NCBI GenBank assembly: GCA_965198115.1
Contig: OZ240241.1
Coordinates: 7,776,001 to 7,840,000 of the forward strand
Reading direction: 5' to 3'
Source of the DNA: Candidatus Latescibacterota bacterium
Lineage (GTDB): Bacteria; Latescibacterota; UBA2968
Length of the DNA stretch: 64,000 nucleotides
Part shown: piece by piece, positions 32,496 through 41,225 of the stretch
Layout: every line of letters starts with the position of its first letter
Position numbering within the stretch: the stretch's first letter is position 1
Translations under genes and position numbers: made by a program
The notes under the pieces: generated by a model
The model's input: the letters and a program-made list of their open reading frames with translations, nothing else
What the model was told of the DNA's origin: nothing
Databases searched by the model: none

Positions 32496-33404
32496 CTACG
32501 CGGCATTCCGGCTCTCCCGGTCGATTCGGTCGTAGTAAAAAGTGAGCCAATCCAGCGGGACACGTCTTCGCACACGGACCGTCCGGTTGCCAGCCAGTCC
32601 TCCGATCTGGATCTGTCTTTCTCCGAGTTCGGCCTCCGCACTGGATACGGTTTCGAACAGCGATTCCGGCGTCATCAGGAACGCCCGAGCGGGGCCTCCC
32701 GCAAGACGGGCGGCGTCGACGATCGGCAGCGTCAGGAAGTCGCTGTCAGACTCGCCCACACCACTTGCTGTGGAGATGGCATAGGCCACGATCTCGGCCG
32801 GCACGGACTTCGGCCCTTGATTGACTTGATAGTAACCCGAGGCGCGGAAGTAGCCCATCAGTCCCAGTTCTCTAAACGGGCATTCGATGGCGTCTTCAGG
32901 ATCCACTGCTTCTACCGGGATCTGTCTCGCGTAGAACGAGAGTAGGCAGCTGATGTCCCGTTCAAGCGTGTTCACGCTCGGGATCTTCGACATGGTCACA
33001 TCAAGGTGCCGGCGCAGTGTCTCGACGCAAACCGACTTCTCGAAACGGGTCAGGTTAAAGTGGTTGAAGAACCAAGCCCAGCTCTCGGCGGCCGAGGCGG
33101 GTTGGACGAGGTTCGAGTGCAACGCCCATAGGGTTCCTGGCTCGTTGAAATACGGGTCCCGTTCCCAGATCAGCTCGCCGAGTGTCGTGGACGCCATCGG
33201 GGCGTTTCGCTTCGTGCTCTCCCGGTCCGCAAGCCGTGTCACGAAAAGCCAGTGCCTGATCGACCGCCCCATGTTCTTGCCGACGCCCAGCCAGTCGTGA
33301 TTGTAAGCGTCGCTCAGCAGCTCCGGCTGCTCGATTAGGAGTCGAAGCCCCTTGTGGAGCCAGCCCTCGCGGACGGCGAAGGTTTCGTGGCCGCTGAACG
33401 CCAT
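32496..33404 (-). CDS. DUF4007 family protein (SspB-like)
   Basis: FSGHETFAVREGWLHKG, LGVGKNMGRSIRHWL, DPYFNEPGTLWALH and CPFRELGL motifs. Confidence 0.85.
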   Translation of the reverse strand: MAFSGHETFAVREGWLHKGLRLLIEQPELLSDAYNHDWLGVGKNMGRSIRHWLFVTRLADRESTKRNAPMASTTLGELIWERDPYFNEPGTLWALHSNLVQPASAAESWAWFFNHFNLTRFEKSVCVETLRRHLDVTMSKIPSVNTLERDISCLLSFYARQIPVEAVDPEDAIECPFRELGLMGYFRASGYYQVNQGPKSVPAEIVAYAISTASGVGESDSDFLTLPIVDAARLAGGPARAFLMTPESLFETVSSAEAELGERQIQIGGLAGNRTVRVRRRVPLDWLTFYYDRIDRESRNAA

Positions 33405-33405
33405 A

Positions 33406-34599
33406 CTATCCTGTCACACTTTCGGTTTTCCGCCCAATGCTCGACCAGAATGAGCGTTGCTGATTGCAGATCTTTACTATGCTCCCCACCGCGTAGTCGA
33501 CCTCTTCCTTGGTGTTGGTCTCGGAGAAGCTAAACCGCAAGCTACTGTAGGCTTCTTCTTCGGATAGTCCCATCGCCCGCAGCACGTAGGACGGTTCGGG
33601 CCGCTGGTTCGTGCAGGCGGAGCTCTGTGAGCACCGAATGCCGACTTGGTCAAGTTGCGCAACGAGGGCTTGACCGTCGACGCCATCGAACAAGAGGTTC
33701 GATGAGTTGGCGACGCGATGGTCAGAGGCGCCATTGATCCGAATTCCATCCATTTTGCTCATCAGGTTCGATTCGAAGGCGTCCCGCAGCGCCCCGACGC
33801 TTTGCGAGTAGTCATCGAAGGACTTGGCGCGGTGATCCGCCGCTGCGCCGAATCCCACAATGCCTGGCACATTTTCCGTACCGGGACGGACTCCTCGTTC
33901 CTGGTTTCCGCCAAACCCAATCGGTTGAAGATCCCGTAGATTGCGAGCGCAAACCGCTCCAACGCCCTGCGGTCCGTGGAGCTTGTGTGCGGTCACCGTA
34001 AGGAAATCTGCTGCGACTTCGGATCCCTCGATCGAGAGCTTACCGAGTGCCTGAGCAGCATCCGTATGGAACGGAATCTCCTTCTCCCGGCAGAGCCTGG
34101 CGATTTCTTCAACAGGCTGAATAACGCCAGTCTCATTGTTTACCCACTGGACAGACACGAGCGCGACGCTCTCGTCGATGGCGTGTGTGACGTCGGCCAC
34201 GTCAACCTGCCCCGTCCGGCCTACGGGCAAGATCGTGACTGGAATGCCTAACGTCTCGAGGGCTGCCGCGCATCTTAGAATCGATGAGTGCTCGATGCTG
34301 GTCGTAACGAGCCGGCAGTTCAGAGGGTCCGCGCCAGCGCGCACCCTCTGAAGGAGCTGGACGAGCACCAGGTTGTTCGCCTCAGTGCCACTGCCAGTGA
34401 ATACGATCTGATCGACCAGCCTCGCCACAGCCCCTCGAGCTTCCCGAAGAGCGACCCGGGCCCTGTTCCCTCCCGAGTGAGAGCTGGAGGGGTTGCCGAA
34501 TTCGTCGCCGAGAACCTGTAGCATCGCCTCGCGCACTGCAGGTAACGGCTTCGTTGTCGCATTGTTGTCCAGATACACTTCCGGCACGTAGCCAACCAC
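33406..34599 (-). CDS. Cysteine desulfurase (IscS/SspA-like)
   Basis: YLDNNATT, GNPSS, FTGSGTEANN, HTDAAQ, AHKLHGPQG, GTENV and SQSSAC motifs; 1 bp upstream of the DUF4007 gene. Confidence 0.92.
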   Translation of the reverse strand: MVGYVPEVYLDNNATTKPLPAVREAMLQVLGDEFGNPSSSHSGGNRARVALREARGAVARLVDQIVFTGSGTEANNLVLVQLLQRVRAGADPLNCRLVTTSIEHSSILRCAAALETLGIPVTILPVGRTGQVDVADVTHAIDESVALVSVQWVNNETGVIQPVEEIARLCREKEIPFHTDAAQALGKLSIEGSEVAADFLTVTAHKLHGPQGVGAVCARNLRDLQPIGFGGNQERGVRPGTENVPGIVGFGAAADHRAKSFDDYSQSVGALRDAFESNLMSKMDGIRINGASDHRVANSSNLLFDGVDGQALVAQLDQVGIRCSQSSACTNQRPEPSYVLRAMGLSEEEAYSSLRFSFSETNTKEEVDYAVGSIVKICNQQRSFWSSIGRKTESVTG

Positions 34600-34651
34600 C
34601 CCGGCTGAACCAACTAAACCTTGGATACCGCGGTCGGAGGGATCGACCCGG

Positions 34652-35000
34652 TGTTAGGGAGAGGAATGTGTGGGGAACAGATCAGTCGCCGAACAAAGCC
34701 ATCTGACCAGCAGGGGACTGGCCAAACTGGAAGGAACGACCTCTGGACGACCGCGAGCAGGGGCCTTCCGGAAGCTTGCTTGTGACCACGGGTGGTTGGA
34801 CCCGACCGGTCCGCTGCCCGATGACGCAACACTCGCTCGGGCGTTGCAGCCGTCTTCTTCCACCAGAACCCAGACGGAGTCGTTGGTGCTGCCTCACCAG
34901 TCGGAGGTGACCGCCTGGTGGCGTCGTGGCATCCGTGGCAGGACGATCCACCAGGCTCTGGTCCGGAACTACGGCTTCTCCGGCTCGTATTCTTCTGTCT
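34652..35000 (+). mobile_element. IS21-family IstA N-terminal remnant
   Basis: HGWLDPTGPLPDDATLA...TIHQALVRNYGFSGSYSSV. Confidence 0.65.
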
Positions 35001-35171
35001 TAGGTTCGGAAGGTTCCTCAACATTCGCCAAAGGAGATTTGGTTGGGTAGGGTACCTGCCCCGATGGAACTCGCTTCGCTGCTTCCACCAGATGTACTTC
35101 CTGATCATCAAAAAAAATGTGAGGTTTGAAAGCGTGGAGAATCTTGGTTTTCGATACCCCTCCCAAAAAGA

Positions 35172-36591
35172 GGCTCTATCCGGGTTTCTCAACGGTGAAA
35201 CTATAGAATGACAAGGTCATAGATCGTTCCCTACGCTTGGTTGTGTGTGTAGGACAATCAAAGCGAAGGGGGTGCGACCTATGACCGGGAGCAGATTACT
35301 ATCGAAACTGCTGAGATTCAAGGGGTTCCGTGTTGTCAGCTGGTGGTTTGAGGGGAGAAGCTGTTTCGTCATCGCCGTAAAGCCACATAAGAATGGTTGT
35401 TGTTGTCCGGAGTGCGGCCGTCGAGGTAAAATCGTCCGCACAATGCCCCATCCGCGTCGGTGGCGTGACATTCCGGTGTGCGGGTGGAGGGTCTGGCTTC
35501 TCTACCATCCTCGGGAGATTCGGTGTCCTACCCACGGTCGTGTGGTCGAGGAGATTCCGTGGGCGGAGCGGTTCTCTCGGGTGACGTATCGCTTCGAGTA
35601 TGCCATGCTGCGCTACTGCCAGACCATGACGCAGAAGGCGGCGTCCGAGTTGCTGCGCATCTCTGCCTCGACGCTGTCGGATCTCCTTCACCGATCCATC
35701 ACGCGGCTTCGTGAAGGTCATCGTATCCGAGGGCTCAAAACCATCGGGATCGACGAGATCTCCTACGCCAAGCGTCACAGGTACGCCACGCTCGTTTACG
35801 ATCTGGACCGCTCCTGCGTGGTGTGGGTTGGCCGCGGCAGGGCGCGTAAAACGATCGATCGGTTCTTCACAGAGGCTCTCAGTCCCTACCGGAGATCCAA
35901 GATCGAGTGGGCCTGCTGCGACATGAGCGAAGCTTACATCGGAGCCATCCAGGAACACTGTCCGAATGCCAAGCTGGTCCTCGATCGCTTTCACATCGTC
36001 AAGGCTCTCAATGCCGCCGTTGACGAGGTCCGTAAGGACCAGTGGCGTAAAGCTGCCCCGGATGAGCGCAAAGCCATGAAGGGCCTCCGATGGCTCCTCT
36101 ACCGGCACTCAGCGACACGCTCCAGAGGGGATACTCGGACACTCAAAGCACTGGAGAAGGCGAACTACCGAATCTATAGAGCCTGGAGACTCAAGGACGA
36201 GTTCGAGCAGTTCTGGGAATACAAAGCGCCCTGGGCTGCCGAACGCTTCCTGAAATGCTGGACGACGTCCGCACTCAGAAGTCGACGTGAACCCCTGCGA
36301 AAGTTCGTCAGGACCCTGCGACAGCACTTCTTCGGCGTCCTCGCATTCGTGAACACGCGTCTTACCAACGCCATCGCCGAAGGCCTCAACCGAATCGTCC
36401 AAATCGTCAAGAACCGAGCCAGCGGATTCCGCACACTCGACGCATTCAACGATATGATCTTCCTTACCGTCGGAGACATAAACATCCCTGAGCAGATTCC
36501 GAAGAGGTTCCGCACACGCTAACCGCGCCCCCATGCCAGGAACCACGGCACCTTCACCCACTTCATCTCGTTGAGAGATCCGGATATAGCC
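35172..36591 (+). mobile_element. ISL3-family IS, copy 5
   Basis: Same IRs; TSD CAAAAAGA. Confidence 0.95.
35245..36522 (+). CDS. ISL3 family transposase
   Basis: Near-identical copy. Confidence 0.95.
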   Translation: MCRTIKAKGVRPMTGSRLLSKLLRFKGFRVVSWWFEGRSCFVIAVKPHKNGCCCPECGRRGKIVRTMPHPRRWRDIPVCGWRVWLLYHPREIRCPTHGRVVEEIPWAERFSRVTYRFEYAMLRYCQTMTQKAASELLRISASTLSDLLHRSITRLREGHRIRGLKTIGIDEISYAKRHRYATLVYDLDRSCVVWVGRGRARKTIDRFFTEALSPYRRSKIEWACCDMSEAYIGAIQEHCPNAKLVLDRFHIVKALNAAVDEVRKDQWRKAAPDERKAMKGLRWLLYRHSATRSRGDTRTLKALEKANYRIYRAWRLKDEFEQFWEYKAPWAAERFLKCWTTSALRSRREPLRKFVRTLRQHFFGVLAFVNTRLTNAIAEGLNRIVQIVKNRASGFRTLDAFNDMIFLTVGDINIPEQIPKRFRTR

Positions 36592-36600
36592 CAAAAAGAA

Positions 36601-38018
36601 GGCTCTATCCGGGTTTCTCAACGGTGAAACTATAGAATGACAAGGTCATAGATCGTTCCCTACGCTTGGTTGTGTGTGTAGGACAATCAAAGCGAAGGGG
36701 GTGCGACCTATGACCGGGAGCAGATTACTATCGAAACTGCTGAGATTCAAGGGGTTCCGTGTTGTCAGCTGGTGGTTTGAGGGGAGAAGCTGCTTCGTCA
36801 TCGCCGTAAAGCCACATAAGAATGGTTGTTGTTGTCCGGAGTGCGGCCGTCGAGGTAAAATCGTCCGCACAATGCCCCATCCGCGTCGGTGGCGTGACAT
36901 TCCGGTGTGCGGGTGGAGGGTCTGGCTTCTCTACCATCCTCGGGAGATTCGGTGTCCTACCCACGGTCGTGTGGTCGAGGAGATTCCGTGGGCGGAGCGG
37001 TTCTCTCGGGTGACGTATCGCTTCGAGTATGCCATGCTGCGCTACTGCCAGACCATGACGCAGAAGGCGGCGTCCGAGTTGCTGCGCATCTCTGCCTCGA
37101 CGCTGTCGGATCTCCTTCACCGATCCATCACGCGGCTTCGTGAAGGTCATCGTATCCGAGGGCTCAAAACCATCGGGATCGACGAGATCTCCTACGCCAA
37201 GCGTCACAGGTACGCCACGCTCGTTTACGATCTGGACCGCTCCTGCGTGGTGTGGGTTGGCCGCGGCAGGGCGCGTAAAACGATCGATCGGTTCTTCACA
37301 GAGGCTCTCAGTCCCTACCGGAGATCCAAGATCGAGTGGGCCTGCTGCGACATGAGCGAAGCTTACATCGGAGCCATCCAGGAACACTGTCCGAATGCCA
37401 AGCTGGTCCTCGATCGCTTTCACATCGTCAAGGCTCTCAATGCCGCCGTTGACGAGGTCCGTAAGGACCAGTGGCGTAAAGCTGCCCCGGATGAGCGCAA
37501 AGCCATGAAGGGCCTCCGATGGCTCCTCTACCGGCACTCAGCGACACGCTCCAGAGGGGATACTCGGACACTCAAAGCACTGGAGAAGGCGAACTACCGA
37601 ATCTATAGAGCCTGGAGACTCAAGGACGAGTTCGAGCAGTTCTGGGAATACAAAGCGCCCTGGGCTGCCGAACGCTTCCTGAAATGCTGGACGACGTCCG
37701 CACTCAGAAGTCGACGTGAACCCCTGCGAAAGTTCGTCAGGACCCTGCGACAGCACTTCTTCGGCGTCCTCGCATTCGTGAACACGCGTCTTACCAACGC
37801 CATCGCCGAAGGCCTCAACCGAATCGTCCAAATCGTCAAGAACCGAGCCAGCGGATTCCGCACACTCGACGCATTACGATATGATCTTCCTTACCGTCGG
37901 AGACATAAACATCCCTGAGCAGATTCCGAAGAGGTTCCGCACACTCTAACCGCGCCCCCATGCCAGGAACCACGGCACCTTCACCCACTTCATCTCGTTG
38001 AGAGATCCGGATATAGCC
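36601..38018 (+). mobile_element. ISL3-family IS, copy 6 (2-bp deletion near the transposase 3' end)
   Basis: Same IRs; TSD AAAAAGAA; GCATTACGAT here versus GCATTCAACGAT in other copies. Confidence 0.95.
36674..37918 (+). CDS. ISL3 family transposase with a frameshifted C-terminus
   Basis: Identical to other copies up to FRTLDA, then a different tail. Confidence 0.9.
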   Translation: MCRTIKAKGVRPMTGSRLLSKLLRFKGFRVVSWWFEGRSCFVIAVKPHKNGCCCPECGRRGKIVRTMPHPRRWRDIPVCGWRVWLLYHPREIRCPTHGRVVEEIPWAERFSRVTYRFEYAMLRYCQTMTQKAASELLRISASTLSDLLHRSITRLREGHRIRGLKTIGIDEISYAKRHRYATLVYDLDRSCVVWVGRGRARKTIDRFFTEALSPYRRSKIEWACCDMSEAYIGAIQEHCPNAKLVLDRFHIVKALNAAVDEVRKDQWRKAAPDERKAMKGLRWLLYRHSATRSRGDTRTLKALEKANYRIYRAWRLKDEFEQFWEYKAPWAAERFLKCWTTSALRSRREPLRKFVRTLRQHFFGVLAFVNTRLTNAIAEGLNRIVQIVKNRASGFRTLDALRYDLPYRRRHKHP

Positions 38019-38813
38019 AAAAAGAAAGCCTCATCAACATAAACTCCCCATGATCTTAGCGTCTTGATCGCCCTAATGTCAGCCGGCGCGTTTCTTGCAG
38101 TGACAAGTGCAATCCTGACAGGTGAGTACTCTACACGAACCGGTAACCTTTCCTGCAGACGTGCAAGCTTTTTCAGGAACGAAGCGTAGGGGCCTTCACC
38201 AAGCGGCTCATCCTCTGCCGAGGCTTCTGCCTTATGAAACGCCTCGATCCCCTCGGTCTTGTAGACAAGTTCGCTGGCTTCGTCGAAGAGAACCGCATCT
38301 CCGTCAAATGCAATTCGAACCTGAGTCTCTGACAACTGAGCCATGTCCTCGGGTGGGGACCGAAGCACTGCTGCAGGACACAGCCGACTATCTATAACCT
38401 TCTGAGCGTCCTCAACGCTTGTAGTAAGGAAAAGGTCCACATCAAATGGTTCTAAATAGTCGACCACGGACTCGCCGGCAGTGAAGGCTGATCGCGTTAT
38501 GTTTAACTGATTCTGCCTTATGACATTGAGCACCCGAACGCCTGTCTCAGGGCTGTTCCTGGAAAGCACAACGACCTCAGCAAGGGATGGCTCGCCATCC
38601 GGTTTGTCTTTGTTGAGATCAAGCAGTGCTTTGGCCAACGGGAACCCTGTACCAGGGGCCAAGGCCTCATTCTCGCGCTCTTGCATGTAAGCGCGGTAGT
38701 CCTCTATAGCTTTGTCGCGATCTTCTCCATACATCTCCTGGAATGCATGATCCGCTTCGGCAAGATCAAACAGAGCAGTGGCTGAGATTCCGACGACCAG
38801 CGTATCGCTAAGG

Positions 38814-39188
38814 TCAAGCGGCACTTGGTGCTCCCTCGGCTCCATCATCCTCATCCGCGTAGATGGGAATCTTGAAGCAACGATGACCGTACCAGTGAGC
38901 CCAGATTCGGCGTCCCGAACGCGTCGTGATCCACCGAGGATACGTGTAGTCCACGATCTTCCGGCGGGGGTGTTGGAGGAAGCTCGGCGGCCAGCGGCCA
39001 GGATGACCCTGTGGTTTTGGCGCGGCTTCGGAAGGTCCAGCGTCCGGAACCGCTTCGCCACCCGCCGCCGCAGGCCGACGCGCGGATGGAATCTGTAGAT
39101 ATTGTCGGGTGTCCGAGACCGATCGGGTTTCTTCTGGTTGAATTCCCTGCGTTCTTAGTAGTGCTGCATTCGTAGCCGCTCCTACCAC
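38814..39188 (-). CDS. Small hypothetical protein with a basic/aromatic C-terminal motif (start uncertain)
   Basis: KIVDYTYPRWITTRSGRRIWAHWYGHRCFKIPIY; its stop overlaps the nucleotidase start. Confidence 0.4.
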   Translation of the reverse strand: MVGAATNAALLRTQGIQPEETRSVSDTRQYLQIPSARRPAAAGGEAVPDAGPSEAAPKPQGHPGRWPPSFLQHPRRKIVDYTYPRWITTRSGRRIWAHWYGHRCFKIPIYADEDDGAEGAPSAA

Positions 39189-39824
39189 TTATCTTGGTGC
39201 TTATACCGGATGCCGACGGGGCTTTTCGGACCAGCTCGTCCTTTTCCGCTTCGGACGGTCTGGAAACGAAGCACGGAACTCCGCCTCCGTTCCGCTGCGC
39301 AAAGCGTTCATTGACGTCCAGTCGGTCGAGACCAAGAAGATTTCCGGCTGGGAATTTTTTATTGTTCCGATGAACAGTCCGCCTCGTTGGCGCTGCATGG
39401 CTTATTCTCCCATGTTCTCCAGACAAGACCACGGTGTTGCCCCACCAGTCGCCATTATCGGGCAGCAGGACTATGCCGCATCGGTACTCGAAGAACGACA
39501 ATACGTCGGCCTCAACGTGGTCGGTGCTTTCCCGAACGTCGAGGGTTCTTGACGGGTTTGTCCTCTGTGGGAGGTTGCTGTACGGTTACGCCTATCTCCA
39601 GATTCTTGACCCACATTCGGCCATTGCTACTCACGACAGTGTGATGGAGGGTTCGGCTGGAAGGGCGGGCTCCACCTTGACGTGTCCCGCCGTCCTGTCT
39701 ACACATTCATAGCGCTTCTCAGGTATAATCGTAGGTGCTTACTTAGCAAATTGCGTTTTTTTCGGGACAACTTATGCTGTAATACACGACACTTCCCAAG
39801 TGAGATCCATCTCAGGGAGATGAT

Positions 39825-41225
39825 ATGGCCCAGATTACCAAACCGGCAATTCGAGAGATTGTTGAAGATTTCGCAAAAGAGATCAAGGAGCGAAGAAGAG
39901 AGACGGCCAAACCATCCAAGGAAGTCATCAACTTCCGTGGCGACAAACTGAACGGGATTGAGCGGGAAGTGTCCGTGGTCCCTATCGATCTCCTTCGTTT
40001 TAGGAAGGACAACGGCCGGATCGCGTCCGATGTGATTGACTACGAGCGCAATTTCGGTCCTTTGGACGAAAAGGACGATCACGCCCAATCCGTTATCAGA
40101 GAGTTTCTGGAAAAGAAGGATCCGGAGCGCACCGAGGCTTTGAACAAGTCAATTGCACACGGTGGCCAAAATGAAGCCTCTATAATCACTTGCGACGGCT
40201 TCTTGATTAATGGCAACCGACGCAAGATGGTAATGGATCGACTCCATCACGAAAACCCGGCGGGAGACAAATACCGTTTCATGAAGGCGGTCATTCTTCC
40301 AGGCAAGGGTGATCCGGGTGGACCACCGACGTTGCTTGAGATAGAACAGATCGAGAACCGTTATCAGTTGCAGAGTGATGGCAAGTCAGAGTACTACAGG
40401 TTCGATCGCGCTCTATCCATAAAACGAAAGATAGATCTGGGATTCTCTCTCGAAGAACAGTTGCTGGATGATCCTGCTCACGCCGGTTCAACAAAGCCCG
40501 ATCTCTTAAAAGCGATAGCACGCTGTCAAAAGGACTACCTTGACCCCCTTGACCGGATAGACCATTACTTGGAGCAGTTCAACCGTCGGGGGCTCTATAG
40601 GACTATTTCAAAAGGCATAGCTGATCCAGACGGTCGCTGGCAGGCGTTCATTGACTATAGCAAATCCTACCGTGTATTCACCAATCCTAAACGCAGGATG
40701 GAGATAGGATTAGAGGAAGACGAGATTGGAGATATCGAGGAAGCCGCCTTCGATGTGATACGTCTTCGATCAGTTCCCAATATGCCTAAGGTCCACGTGA
40801 TCATGCGGAACCTTCCGAAGTATCTCGGAACAGAGGAAGGTAAGAAGGCCATCAAGAAGATAGTTGATGAGGTCGATCCGATCCTGCCTGCCGAAGAGAG
40901 CATTGATTCGGAGGGAAAGCCCCTTTCGCTGGAAGTTGCGGACGCGAAATGGGCCGCGAGGAGCCAAGAGTCCATTATTCACAATCTCAGGGTAGCCTCC
41001 CAAAGCTTCGAGACTCAGAAAGAACGAGAAACTCCAATCGAACTTCTCCGTGAAGCCTTCAAGAAACTGAGCCACCAGAATATGGATCTGAGCCTGATCA
41101 ACAACACAGATCTTCCTACGGCCCGCGAGATCGCGTCTGATATATGGAAGAGAGCGCAGGAGCTGGACTCCGACATCTTCAACTATGAGAAGAACCTCAA
41201 GAAGCTTGCGAAGAAGGGATCATGA
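39825..41225 (+). CDS. ParB/Srx-like N-terminal domain protein, 466 aa
   Basis: LRFRKDNGRI, SIAHGGQNEASIITCDGFLINGNRR and IENRYQLQSDGKSEY; GGGAG RBS. Confidence 0.75.
   Translation: MAQITKPAIREIVEDFAKEIKERRRETAKPSKEVINFRGDKLNGIEREVSVVPIDLLRFRKDNGRIASDVIDYERNFGPLDEKDDHAQSVIREFLEKKDPERTEALNKSIAHGGQNEASIITCDGFLINGNRRKMVMDRLHHENPAGDKYRFMKAVILPGKGDPGGPPTLLEIEQIENRYQLQSDGKSEYYRFDRALSIKRKIDLGFSLEEQLLDDPAHAGSTKPDLLKAIARCQKDYLDPLDRIDHYLEQFNRRGLYRTISKGIADPDGRWQAFIDYSKSYRVFTNPKRRMEIGLEEDEIGDIEEAAFDVIRLRSVPNMPKVHVIMRNLPKYLGTEEGKKAIKKIVDEVDPILPAEESIDSEGKPLSLEVADAKWAARSQESIIHNLRVASQSFETQKERETPIELLREAFKKLSHQNMDLSLINNTDLPTAREIASDIWKRAQELDSDIFNYEKNLKKLAKKGS

Larger units (their letters stand above)
35000..38824 (-). 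pseudogene. 5'-nucleotidase (PF06189-type) interrupted by two tandem ISL3
   Basis: GTG start 38824 with GGAG RBS; LVVGISATALFDL, LSRNSPETG, IAFDGDAVLF and VTARNAPA motifs; VDEAFFL|GGVSKTKILHAFKPHIFFDDQ is restored across the ISs. Confidence 0.88.

Noticed and set aside
39825-41225. Chromosome or plasmid partition gene parB
   Set aside because: There is no parA or parS nearby, the C-terminus is long and non-canonical, and the gene is translationally coupled to a helicase.
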